From a virus (Duplodnaviria; Caudoviricetes), in IMG/VR virus record IMGVR_UViG_3300020172_002590, positions 1 to 64,000 of that record: a stretch of 64,000 nucleotides of DNA, one strand, 5' to 3'. This document shows, piece by piece, positions 45,697-54,902 of this stretch. The translations under genes were made by a program, and so were the position numbers. How positions within the stretch are numbered: position 1 is the first letter of the stretch; each line of letters opens with the position of its first letter. The notes below the pieces were generated by a model. That model saw nothing but the letters and a program-made list of their open reading frames with translations, made no database searches and had not been told where the DNA came from.

Positions 45697-46408
45697 TCCC
45701 CGACCAGCATTTATCAGCCAAAGCACACTCTGCACATTTAGCAGAACTACGCTTATAGGGCTGAGCGGGGATTTCTCGCTTTAAGAAAGCATCGTAAATT
45801 CCCCTATATTTTTTAAATAATTTATCTATGAATGTGTCATCTCTTTCAATATAAATTGGAAGAATTTCTTGGTTATTTTTATTCTCGTAAATAACTAAAC
45901 CAGATGGCAAATCAAGACAGCGCATATAAATTTGTGCTTATCTAAAATGATCGTCTTTTGGTTTGTTATATAGCTTTCTATAGTGAAAGCCTTCATTTGA
46001 GATTGATTTCAACTCTATTAGTTTATGACCATCAAGATCAATTATACCATCTGCAGTGCCCTCAATTGGGGGATCATCGTGTGTTACTGGAATTTCTTCT
46101 GCTACAAGTATGCCAATCTCTCTCAAATAACTGTAAAGTCTGTCATGGACAGCATGACCATTATCAAAGATTCTATAAGTTTGAGGATGGAATTTAGTTG
46201 TCATTTCAGTACCCTCAAATAGATAATACCAATAACGCGCACATTGATTTGTATAACTAGGATGGAACCCGCCAACCTTTTTCTCAGTTGGGGTATTACG
46301 CTTTTCTAGATGGGTATCAATTGTTTTTAACAACTCCCCTACAATATCGTCACCGGATTTCTGTATCTTTTCCTGTTTTGGGAGTTTTAATGCATTTAAT
46401 GATTTCAA
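45689..46408 (-). pseudogene. Cas4-family (PD-(D/E)XK, Fe-S) exonuclease interrupted by in-frame TAA at 45938-45940
   Basis: HPS..QCAR, GTADG..IELKS, HFR*AQIYM, C-terminal CAECALADKC; both halves in the same frame. Confidence 0.8.
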
Positions 46409-46723
46409 TTAATTTCCTTTTGATGCGATTTTGAGAACATTAATGTTCTCTGCTAGAGCTTCATACATGGTTTTCCATATATCATTTACCATTTTATCTT
46501 GTTCACTCATGAGACTAGATCTTCTCTTAAAAGCCTGAGACTTAATAATCATTTGAGTTCTATATGCTGCCAAAAGGTTTGCATATTTAATAGCTTGCGC
46601 TCCAACATAGTGATTTGGGTTGTCAATAATATCTTGTACAATTGCCATACACTCAATAAATTCTTTTGATCTTTCCCCCATGTGTTGGGCGATGAAATCA
46701 ACATCTACAATAATATCAGCCAT
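46409..46723 (-). CDS. hypothetical protein
   Basis: packed ORF. Confidence 0.7.
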   Translation of the reverse strand: MADIIVDVDFIAQHMGERSKEFIECMAIVQDIIDNPNHYVGAQAIKYANLLAAYRTQMIIKSQAFKRRSSLMSEQDKMVNDIWKTMYEALAENINVLKIASKGN

Positions 46724-48107
46724 GTGTATCTTCTCTTTCTATTAGGTTCTTCAATTGTACACCTATCCAATGCGATACAGGGCTTGCAATAGCATTTCCG
46801 CACATTTTATATCTATTGGTATCAGCAATCTTTTTGCCGTTGCTATCTAATGCTGTGTGATTATCAGGGAACCCCATCAACCTTTCGCATTCAACAGGTG
46901 TAAGTCTTCTTAAAATAAATTTCTTTTCATCTACTGGAATAGCAATGTGGTCAGCAGAGTCAACACCAGTTCTGATTGTTCTATAAGTATCTTCTGTTAT
47001 TTTATTATTATAGCCATCATATGCAAGAACAGGTACTTGACCACCACCTGTCCCCATTCTGTGCTTTAAAGTTGGAACAATCCCATCTTCATAGATTCTA
47101 ATATCATCAACTCTTGTCCCATCAAGCACCATTATATGAGGCATATTATCCCCATTATGATGTTCTGCTCTAAGAGTTGGAACTAAATCTTCACTAACTC
47201 CATAACCTTGTCTAACCATTACTCCCGGCTGAAAGACAAGGACTGTTGCTCTTGCTTCTCCAGTGTTATCAAATGCGTTAAGAGTTGGTGATACATTACC
47301 ACTAATCCAAGACTCTGAATCTTCATTATTCTGCGCCCTCTTTGTCTTAACAAAAGGCTCTAAAATGAAGTTCATATCTGGTCTTTTATGGTCAGAAGAA
47401 GATAGACTTACTCCTCCTTCTTCGTATTTGCTAAATCCTGTTTTTCCATACCAGATAGGTCCATCAATGCCTGTCTCAGAGGCTCTGGGATTTGATTTCC
47501 CTTTCTTTCTCCTCTTCTTAATATCCCCATTGCTGTCTTCGGGGACAGATAATATTTTTCCATTACTTCTTCTAATGGCTGAAGAGTCCCAGCAAGCGAT
47601 GACAAATACTCTTCTTCTTCGTTGGGCGACTCCGAACCATTGTGCATCCAAGATATGCCATTCAATTCCCAATGCCCCGATGTTAGCCATTTGGTTGAGG
47701 ACTTCCCCGAAGTCTTCTCCTTTATTACTTGTGAGGGCACCTGGGACATTTTCCCAGATTGCCCATTTTGGATATTGTCCATTTGTTGCATCACGCATCT
47801 CCTTAATTATTCTAATACCTTCAAAAAATAATCCTGATCTATCTCCGTCAAGACCAGAACGCTTACCTGCTACTGATAAGTCTTGGCATGGTGAGCCAAA
47901 AGAAATCAAATCAACAGGTGTTAAATCTGCGCCATTAACATCTCGTACATCTGTGTACTTTAATGTATCAGGCCAGTTTCTTTGCAATACTTCTTGGCAA
48001 TGCTTATCCCATTCAACTTGGAATTTACATTCCCAGCCAGCAGAATCAAAACCAAGATCAAATCCACCTACTCCTGCGAATAGGCTTCCATAGGTTAAAT
48101 TACTCAT
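46716..48107 (-). CDS. DNA cytosine-C5 methyltransferase
   Basis: SLFAGVGG, GSPCQDLS, WENVPG, QRRRRVF, RRLTPVECERLMGFP, CGNA. Confidence 0.93.
   Translation of the reverse strand: MSNLTYGSLFAGVGGFDLGFDSAGWECKFQVEWDKHCQEVLQRNWPDTLKYTDVRDVNGADLTPVDLISFGSPCQDLSVAGKRSGLDGDRSGLFFEGIRIIKEMRDATNGQYPKWAIWENVPGALTSNKGEDFGEVLNQMANIGALGIEWHILDAQWFGVAQRRRRVFVIACWDSSAIRRSNGKILSVPEDSNGDIKKRRKKGKSNPRASETGIDGPIWYGKTGFSKYEEGGVSLSSSDHKRPDMNFILEPFVKTKRAQNNEDSESWISGNVSPTLNAFDNTGEARATVLVFQPGVMVRQGYGVSEDLVPTLRAEHHNGDNMPHIMVLDGTRVDDIRIYEDGIVPTLKHRMGTGGGQVPVLAYDGYNNKITEDTYRTIRTGVDSADHIAIPVDEKKFILRRLTPVECERLMGFPDNHTALDSNGKKIADTNRYKMCGNAIASPVSHWIGVQLKNLIEREDTHG
47408..47794 (-). CDS. nested alternate-frame polypeptide resembling M.EcoHK31I beta subunit
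   Basis: SESPN...SSL...EKYYLSPKTAMGILRRGERKGNQIPEPLRQAL. Confidence 0.6.
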   Translation of the reverse strand: MMQQMDNIQNGQSGKMSQVPSQVIKEKTSGKSSTKWLTSGHWELNGISWMHNGSESPNEEEEYLSSLAGTLQPLEEVMEKYYLSPKTAMGILRRGERKGNQIPEPLRQALMDLSGMEKQDLANTKKEE

Positions 48108-48502
48108 CTTTTTCCTTTAAATACTACTATAACTGATGGGAACGGTGCATTATACACTGCTCCTTGAAATCTCAGTCTACCTTTGATAAATCTAATTTCA
48201 TCGGCTTCCATTACATATGTATGCCACCATTTGGTGTCTGTACGGCTCGGTATCAAAAATACAGATGTTTTTCCTTTCATCTGCTCTTGAACAGCTTTTT
48301 CTAACCACTTGGTAATAATATTGCCATAAGGAGGGTTAACAAAATTACATTTACCCCATTCAATTTCCAAACCATCAAACTGAGGGCTAGGAGGACAGGG
48401 ATCAAAGTCAAAGTTAAATTCTTCATTAAGTTTTTCATAAAATGCCTTTGGTGTTTTCCAATTATCTCTATTGGCTGTGAAGTGGACTTTGCTTTTATTC
48501 AT
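48104..48502 (-). CDS. phage DNA N6-adenine methyltransferase
   Basis: W.TP, FDFDPC, FVNPPY, LIPSRTDT.WWH, FIKGRLRF. Confidence 0.88.
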   Translation of the reverse strand: MNKSKVHFTANRDNWKTPKAFYEKLNEEFNFDFDPCPPSPQFDGLEIEWGKCNFVNPPYGNIITKWLEKAVQEQMKGKTSVFLIPSRTDTKWWHTYVMEADEIRFIKGRLRFQGAVYNAPFPSVIVVFKGKR

Positions 48503-49187
48503 CAAATTTTCTCCAGTTATAAACAGGCTGTAGACCGAGTGGTTTATTAATTTTATCTTTATATGTAAGAATAATATCGGAAGCAATACATATTCTTTTT
48601 TTATTTAAATCGTAAAATGATTTAACAGGCTCTTCAGGAGTATTTAGAATCTTACCATCACCAAAAGTGTCATGAGGGATCCTTGAAGAGAAAACAACAA
48701 CTTGACCTTGGTATGTGTTTATACTATATGTTCTGGAATTAAACTCATTATAGCCAGAATTGTTATAATCGTATAAACCAGGAAAAGCTTGTCTTTCCTT
48801 ATCGAAATAATGCAATCTTAAAAATTGCCCCATATCATCGGGTGTATTTGCATAATACACAATTGATATGTGTGCATCACCATGACTATGCAATGGTGTT
48901 GTACTTTCACCAAGAATATTAAACCAAGATTTAACAAAATTTATATCAAAATTATCAGCAATGTTTAATGCTTGTAAATATTTTTTAATGGATTTACTTA
49001 AGAAGCAGTATAAATCTTTATACCTAACATCTAAATGTATGTCCAAATTGTTTGTTGATTCATTAGAATATCCATTATAAAAATGGTCTTCCCAACTCTT
49101 AGATAGTATTTCTAAAAATTTTTTATTATCTTCATAGTAATCTTCAAAGATTAATGTTGGGAAAGCATAATGAACAGTTTCATTCAT
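48495..49187 (-). CDS. putative 2OG-Fe(II) oxygenase (TIGR02466-like)
   Basis: FPT, KSWFN, HSH, ISIVYY, VVFSS...H, RICIA. Confidence 0.7.
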   Translation of the reverse strand: MNETVHYAFPTLIFEDYYEDNKKFLEILSKSWEDHFYNGYSNESTNNLDIHLDVRYKDLYCFLSKSIKKYLQALNIADNFDINFVKSWFNILGESTTPLHSHGDAHISIVYYANTPDDMGQFLRLHYFDKERQAFPGLYDYNNSGYNEFNSRTYSINTYQGQVVVFSSRIPHDTFGDGKILNTPEEPVKSFYDLNKKRICIASDIILTYKDKINKPLGLQPVYNWRKFDE

Positions 49188-49479
49188 AATCGCTATCCTT
49201 GATCAACTCTTTAAACACATGCCATTCAATAATAGCAACCTTAACATCAGAATCCTCTCCAAGCACAACAGAAATACATGGGTATTTATGATTGGATTTC
49301 CATGCATCCTTACGCATTTTAATCCAAGCAGTTCTTGTTAATGTAAAAGATGCCCCATTGTGTTTATAATCTAATAAAAACTCATGGAACTCTGCATCAC
49401 CCTTCTTGAATCCTCTACCTGAATTCTTCACAGCCTTTGCTTTATCCTTTTTGATTTCTTCTTTTTCAGTTCTTTTCAT
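49180..49479 (-). CDS. PD-(D/E)XK nuclease / Hjc-like resolvase
   Basis: NSGRG..KGD....LLDYK. Confidence 0.65.
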   Translation of the reverse strand: MKRTEKEEIKKDKAKAVKNSGRGFKKGDAEFHEFLLDYKHNGASFTLTRTAWIKMRKDAWKSNHKYPCISVVLGEDSDVKVAIIEWHVFKELIKDSDYE

Positions 49480-49925
49480 AGTAGCGCCCATACATAACTT
49501 GGCTCATCAACTGGTCTTTCTGTAACATCGTCAAACTTATCACAATACCAATCCCAGTGTTTCCATGCTAACTTCAAGCGGTGTGATCGGTGAATGTCTT
49601 CACGACCAAACCAATATGGCATTACTAGCTTATCATAATTTATGACTTCAAGCTTCATTGTATTGTTATAACCACGATTAATCCATTGCTCAACTGATTC
49701 ATTAAAGTAAAGTTTCAATGCTTCTTCGTAACCTCTCCACATTCTTGTAACAACATGGTTTTCCCAGCCATAATAAAATGTCCCATCCTTTTTCATCTTC
49801 GGCTGAACTCTTTTCAAAAGAACATTCAAGACCTGATGTGTCTCAACACGCTGTTTCCCAAGTCTTTTATAATCAAGAACTTGTAGCGATTCTTTGAAAT
49901 CTGGGTACGGTAAAAATGTTTGCAT
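49476..49925 (-). CDS. pyrimidine-dimer DNA glycosylase (MSMEG_6728/DenV-like)
   Basis: MQTFLPYPDF...LDYKRLGKQRVE, GWENH...MWRGY, HRSHR. Confidence 0.85.
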   Translation of the reverse strand: MQTFLPYPDFKESLQVLDYKRLGKQRVETHQVLNVLLKRVQPKMKKDGTFYYGWENHVVTRMWRGYEEALKLYFNESVEQWINRGYNNTMKLEVINYDKLVMPYWFGREDIHRSHRLKLAWKHWDWYCDKFDDVTERPVDEPSYVWALL

Positions 49926-50138
49926 AGATGCCTCCTATTTAGACGGTGTGCAGAATATAGCACAATGGCAAACGGCAATAGGGGGTAACGAGGATTTTTT
50001 ATTTTTTATTTTTGGGTTATTCCCAAAAAATATCTTCATCAAAGTCCTCTTCAACCTTCTTTATTAAAGCAATTGTGCCAACAACGAGAAGTCCAGAGGC
50101 TACTAAAAATGGTAGTGATACTAATACTAGGAGTCTTT

Positions 50139-51053
50139 TCATCCTAATATTTTAGCACTAATTTCCTCAATTTGCTTATCAGTAAGCTCAATCTTACCCA
50201 TACCATTCCACTTCTGATCTCCGTAGAAAAACCAAGCGCCCCTGCGCTCAATGATATTCATCTCAATTGCAATATCAAGCATTTCACGATATTTATCAAT
50301 CATACCCTCTTGAGGAAGAACATAATACTGCCCATGTGTCCCAATGCTTGGGATCTGTTTTGTCTTTTCAATTGTCCATGTTACTTTTTGAGATGTAATC
50401 ATATTAACTTCATCTCTTTCCATTTCCTTTGACGACATAGATAGGAACAACTTAACAATATTATGCATATTATGATGAACCGTATTACCCATCTTTGCTT
50501 TTGTTATTGCGTACATTCCTGACAAGTCAATCGTCTGGTGAGCAACAAAGATCATCATATTCCTCTCTTTATGGAGATAGTTTACGAGCTTCTGAAGAAG
50601 AAAGCCTTGTGAGCGAGATTGAAGACCCATTGCCTTACCACCTTCAGGCTTGTCATAAAACTCTTCCTTAATAATATTTGAAAGAGAGTCAAACAAGAAG
50701 ATATGCTTCTCTTCTTCGTGAGTAAGATATGGATGGATATTCTTCAGAATGTCTTCAACAACTGTTGATTGAATAACTACAATGTCATCAATATCAATAC
50801 CACACTTAGCAGCATACTCTTCGTTAAATGAATACTCTGAGTCAACAATTACTGGTCTAAAACCCCTACTCTGTGCTTCAGCTAAAATTCTAAAACACAT
50901 TGTAGATTTGCCTACTGATGGAGTACCCCAAAACAAATGTGTTGCTCCTGTATTTAGACCTCCACCTAATGCACGATTAAGTCCAACACTAGGAGTTGGA
51001 ATAACCTCATGCACTGGCATATGGTCGCCTTTTCTTTTATCTACAATTAACAT
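50139..51053 (-). CDS. recA: RecA/UvsX-like recombinase
   Basis: TPSVGLNRALGGG, GTPSVGKST, LFDSLS, RRGAWF. Confidence 0.88.
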   Translation of the reverse strand: MLIVDKRKGDHMPVHEVIPTPSVGLNRALGGGLNTGATHLFWGTPSVGKSTMCFRILAEAQSRGFRPVIVDSEYSFNEEYAAKCGIDIDDIVVIQSTVVEDILKNIHPYLTHEEEKHIFLFDSLSNIIKEEFYDKPEGGKAMGLQSRSQGFLLQKLVNYLHKERNMMIFVAHQTIDLSGMYAITKAKMGNTVHHNMHNIVKLFLSMSSKEMERDEVNMITSQKVTWTIEKTKQIPSIGTHGQYYVLPQEGMIDKYREMLDIAIEMNIIERRGAWFFYGDQKWNGMGKIELTDKQIEEISAKILG

Positions 51054-51100
51054 TTACTCTTCTTTCTACTATAGATTTATGCAATAATAACACATGGGAG

Positions 51101-52138
51101 CTACAGAGTTCCCATCCAGTTATAAACTTTTTCCGCATCGTATGCGAAATCAACATTATTTTTAAATGTTTCATATGCCTTAATTGACATTGAATTCAAT
51201 AACTCTTCATCAGATAAAATTTTTCTAACTTTATGAGCAGCATCTTCAATTGAAATGCCATCAAGATTTATACTGCTTTCATCATTGAATAACTCTTGAC
51301 CTAAACAATTGTCATACATAGAGTTACGAATAATTACTGGTTTACCACACGCGTAAGCATTGTATAGAATATGACCGTATCCATCTCCACCGTCTTTTAC
51401 ATGAAAGATCATACTATTACGATTCATAGAATCCGCTAATAGGCTTGCGCCAGCAATACTTCCATCTCTGCATTGACCACCGTAGCTATTAAATTTAACT
51501 TCATTGACTAAAAGATTTTCCAAATTAGTAAAATCTCTCCAGCCTTGATTCATATTTTGCAATATATTAATATAGCTGTTTATACTGTTATCTGTTTTAT
51601 AGTTTAATGGTTTAAAAATATCTATATCAAATTCTTGATGATAGTAAACAACATTAGAATTATCCAATAGTCCTGGTTTAACTGATGCTAATACATTCAG
51701 CCCTTGTACAATATTTGAAGACCAATTATTTCCAACTTGAACAATCAACTTAGCTTTTGGCTGGTATTGATTAATGAGTTTTTGATATAAATGTATATGC
51801 TGAGGGATAGAAGCAATAACGAAGTCGAACTCCATACTTTTAAATGCATCTAGTGTAATAGCTTTATGAGTAGACTCATACCCAGGATCATATATATGAT
51901 ATATACCATTACTTTCATCATTTACGATGTTTAATGGGGCTGTATTGTCAGGAACAAAAGCAGATTGTGTATCTAAAAATTGTTTTGCAGTATCTGCATT
52001 ATCATTAATTGCCCAAAAACCCTCATTAAACCATTCTAAACCAGCTGGTCTATAAATATCCATGCTTAGTCTATTTTCAAAAAGTAGAACCAACGAGCGT
52101 AATAAAGAATTGTGATGAAAATCAGTTAAGATATTCAT
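51101..52138 (-). CDS. GT-B glycosyltransferase
   Basis: GDGYGHILYNAYACGKPV. Confidence 0.7.
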   Translation of the reverse strand: MNILTDFHHNSLLRSLVLLFENRLSMDIYRPAGLEWFNEGFWAINDNADTAKQFLDTQSAFVPDNTAPLNIVNDESNGIYHIYDPGYESTHKAITLDAFKSMEFDFVIASIPQHIHLYQKLINQYQPKAKLIVQVGNNWSSNIVQGLNVLASVKPGLLDNSNVVYYHQEFDIDIFKPLNYKTDNSINSYINILQNMNQGWRDFTNLENLLVNEVKFNSYGGQCRDGSIAGASLLADSMNRNSMIFHVKDGGDGYGHILYNAYACGKPVIIRNSMYDNCLGQELFNDESSINLDGISIEDAAHKVRKILSDEELLNSMSIKAYETFKNNVDFAYDAEKVYNWMGTL

Positions 52139-52813
52139 TTATTGCCAAGAGTAATCTTCACTTTTTGGTTTATAAAACATTGTCAATCCTCTTGGAGTCT
52201 CATAGTGGAATGGAACTAATTTCTTATTCAAAACTAAGTCGTTAAATTCTTTTGGAATCAAACCGTATGGAGAGCCAAAACCGTGTTCTTCATTCGGAAT
52301 CTGACTCATATGACGATGAAGATCGTGAATAAATAAATAACCGCCTTCTTTAAGGTTTGGATAAAATCTAACCAATTCATTAAATCGAGTTTGTGGTTCA
52401 GTATCTAGGAATATAAAATCATACTGCACATCCAACTTAAGAGTATCAACATTTGTCAAGCTAGATACAATATGATCATTAAGTTGAAGCCTATTGAACC
52501 TTTCATTAGCTATTTTATAATTATCAGGATTGAATTCATGTGTGTGTAGAACTCCAAAGCCATTATTTTTTAATGCAGAAGCAACAAATGAAGAACTAAC
52601 TCCTTGATGTGTGCCTGTCTCCAGTACAAAGTCTGGTTTAATCAAGCGCATAAAACTGTACAAGAATTCTCCAACTTCACATTCCACTCCAGCATCGTTA
52701 AAAGCAGAATACTTCTTAGTGTGTTCATCACCTGCACCCCATTTGCTTTCATTGTAAATTTCTAAAAGACCATCTAAGTCTTTTAATTGTTCTGATATTG
52801 TTTTAATTTTCAT
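52139..52813 (-). CDS. class I SAM-dependent methyltransferase (Methyltransf_24-like)
   Basis: VLETGTHQGVSS, YDFIFLD, LKEGGYLFIHD. Confidence 0.8.
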   Translation of the reverse strand: MKIKTISEQLKDLDGLLEIYNESKWGAGDEHTKKYSAFNDAGVECEVGEFLYSFMRLIKPDFVLETGTHQGVSSSFVASALKNNGFGVLHTHEFNPDNYKIANERFNRLQLNDHIVSSLTNVDTLKLDVQYDFIFLDTEPQTRFNELVRFYPNLKEGGYLFIHDLHRHMSQIPNEEHGFGSPYGLIPKEFNDLVLNKKLVPFHYETPRGLTMFYKPKSEDYSWQ

Positions 52814-52821
52814 ATACTTCC

Positions 52822-53820
52822 TTATATTGTATTTAAAAAGCTTTCCCATTGCTTTATTATTTTCTTTTTACCAAATACATCAATAGCGTAAGCTCTTTGC
52901 TTTTCGCTAATGTCTTTAGCGTAGGACTCATTATTAAGTAGCTCTTCGGTTTGGGAAATCATTTCTTCAACACTTCCACAAACTATTCCTCCGATACTTC
53001 TTAATATTTCTTCAACTTCATAAAAGTCAAAATTATAAATAATATTTGCCATTTGATTATTAATTGCGACAATTGGCAATCCCATCATCAAAGCTTCAAT
53101 AAATGAAAGAGTGTACGAAGCAGGAGCAGTTCCACCATATGGCATAACCCTTGCCTCTTGCATTCTCTTTATCTGTGCTTCATACGGGATTGCACCACCA
53201 TTATATTTACCTAAATCATCATTGCCAGGACCATATACTGTTCCATCAAATTTTTCTATTACAGCTATTATCTCATCATAATGACAATGACTTCTTCGCC
53301 CCTTCAAAGACTGAGCAAAGTTAACAATGCTACGACCACCCCCAGTCCAGCCAGATAACTCATCTTCATCTTTATAAAAACGAATGAGAATATCTTCACC
53401 AATGTAATTAGACAATCTTCTCTCATTTGGTGAGTATCTAATAATCTTTAAACTATCATCACGCATTGGCTTTAAAGATGCTTCAACACCCTCTGTTGAT
53501 TGACCAATCGTTCGCCAAATTACCTTTTTATGCTTAATCTTATCCCAGTTGTTGATAATAACATCAGGTGAATGCATAATTATAATAATATCAAATGGTT
53601 CAATTAATTCATTTGGCAAATTTGTCTTAGGGAAATTAGTTGCAAAAGGAATATATTCTTCATAGTATTTAGCACCCTTAATTCCCGGTCTTGGCAAAGT
53701 GATATGGCCTTTAGGATCAATATATGACCCATTAGAAAATACTTCATGTCCTAAGTCTGTCAGTAGTTGTACCTCATCATATTCTAATATGGAATGACAA
53801 CTTAAATAATGAATCTTCAT
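52822..53820 (-). CDS. GT-B glycosyltransferase
   Basis: SYTLSFIEALMMGLPIV. Confidence 0.75.
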   Translation of the reverse strand: MKIHYLSCHSILEYDEVQLLTDLGHEVFSNGSYIDPKGHITLPRPGIKGAKYYEEYIPFATNFPKTNLPNELIEPFDIIIIMHSPDVIINNWDKIKHKKVIWRTIGQSTEGVEASLKPMRDDSLKIIRYSPNERRLSNYIGEDILIRFYKDEDELSGWTGGGRSIVNFAQSLKGRRSHCHYDEIIAVIEKFDGTVYGPGNDDLGKYNGGAIPYEAQIKRMQEARVMPYGGTAPASYTLSFIEALMMGLPIVAINNQMANIIYNFDFYEVEEILRSIGGIVCGSVEEMISQTEELLNNESYAKDISEKQRAYAIDVFGKKKIIKQWESFLNTI

Positions 53821-54902
53821 TAACTTTTTACCTCTTCTAATATTTCCCAAGCTCTTTTAATGTATGGTTGAGAAACTTTCTCCCAAGTCATGTGCTCATT
53901 GATATACAATGCACTTTCATATGTGCGTTGTGCAACTGATGAATAGTTCTCAGCAACATAAAGCATTTTATCACACAAGTCGTCAAATTCTGGTTCTGCC
54001 CATTCACCGCAGTCTTCGTATCTTCCAAACATACGCCATGTGCCCCATCTAAAGTTAAGCGGTACTGACATATGAGCAAAATCTTTACAAGCCAATACAT
54101 CTGTGCAGATTGTTGGGATACCTTTAGCAATTGCTTGGAATGGCAAGTTACCCCATCCTTCTCCGCTAGTCGGATATATAACGCAGTCTGCCATGTCAAA
54201 GATTCTTCCCAATTCTTCATGAGATACTTCATCATCAATCACTTCAATTTGGGGGTGTCTAAGACCATGCATTTCTCCACCTCTATAAATTCTTCCATCA
54301 GGTTCACCATTGGATTTATAAATTAAACGGTAGTCATCATTGCCCTCAAACATTCTTAAAAATGCATCAACCGCCATCTGAGAATTCTTACGACTAGATG
54401 GTGATCCAATAGACAAGAATGTAAATGTAGAATGAGGTGTCCTTAACTTAGGGAAATAGATATTAGGGTCAACACCTAACTTAAATTCATACACAGGCCG
54501 CTGAATTCCTGAAGCAATGAAAACCTTTTGCATGTCCAAACTGCATGTCCAAATCTCATCCATTTGATTGCATAGTTTTACCCAATGATCGGGGAGTTTA
54601 TTTGTTTCCCAGAATGTAAAACCGACAGAGTAAATCTTTGACTTAACAAACCCTTCAGGAACGGAATGGTTAATTACAATCTCATTTGTGCAATCATCCT
54701 TTTGCATATAACCAAGTCCAAGAAATTCTTGCATCGTGGCAAGTTCGGGTGGCACTTGAATCTTTCCAATCTCATCCCAATTTGTGGGCTTGCTTCTGCG
54801 GATTGGCAATCCGCTTGTGCCGATGAAATCCCATAGACGGTCAGGCGTATAGCCATAGCCTTCACTAAATTTCGGTATTTGGTTATCCGACCATACTAGC
54901 AT
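53820..54902 (-). CDS. GT-B (family 4-like) glycosyltransferase, paralog of 1568..2581
   Basis: GFTFWETN, MDEIW, RKN, YPTSGEGWG. Confidence 0.85.
   Translation of the reverse strand: MLVWSDNQIPKFSEGYGYTPDRLWDFIGTSGLPIRRSKPTNWDEIGKIQVPPELATMQEFLGLGYMQKDDCTNEIVINHSVPEGFVKSKIYSVGFTFWETNKLPDHWVKLCNQMDEIWTCSLDMQKVFIASGIQRPVYEFKLGVDPNIYFPKLRTPHSTFTFLSIGSPSSRKNSQMAVDAFLRMFEGNDDYRLIYKSNGEPDGRIYRGGEMHGLRHPQIEVIDDEVSHEELGRIFDMADCVIYPTSGEGWGNLPFQAIAKGIPTICTDVLACKDFAHMSVPLNFRWGTWRMFGRYEDCGEWAEPEFDDLCDKMLYVAENYSSVAQRTYESALYINEHMTWEKVSQPYIKRAWEILEEVKS

Noticed and set aside
45938-45940. Genome-wide stop-codon reassignment
   Set aside because: Only one interrupted gene; TAA, TAG and TGA all end conserved genes normally
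47263-48093. 276-aa plus-strand ORF
   Set aside because: Antisense shadow of the C5 methyltransferase with no recognisable motif or start signal
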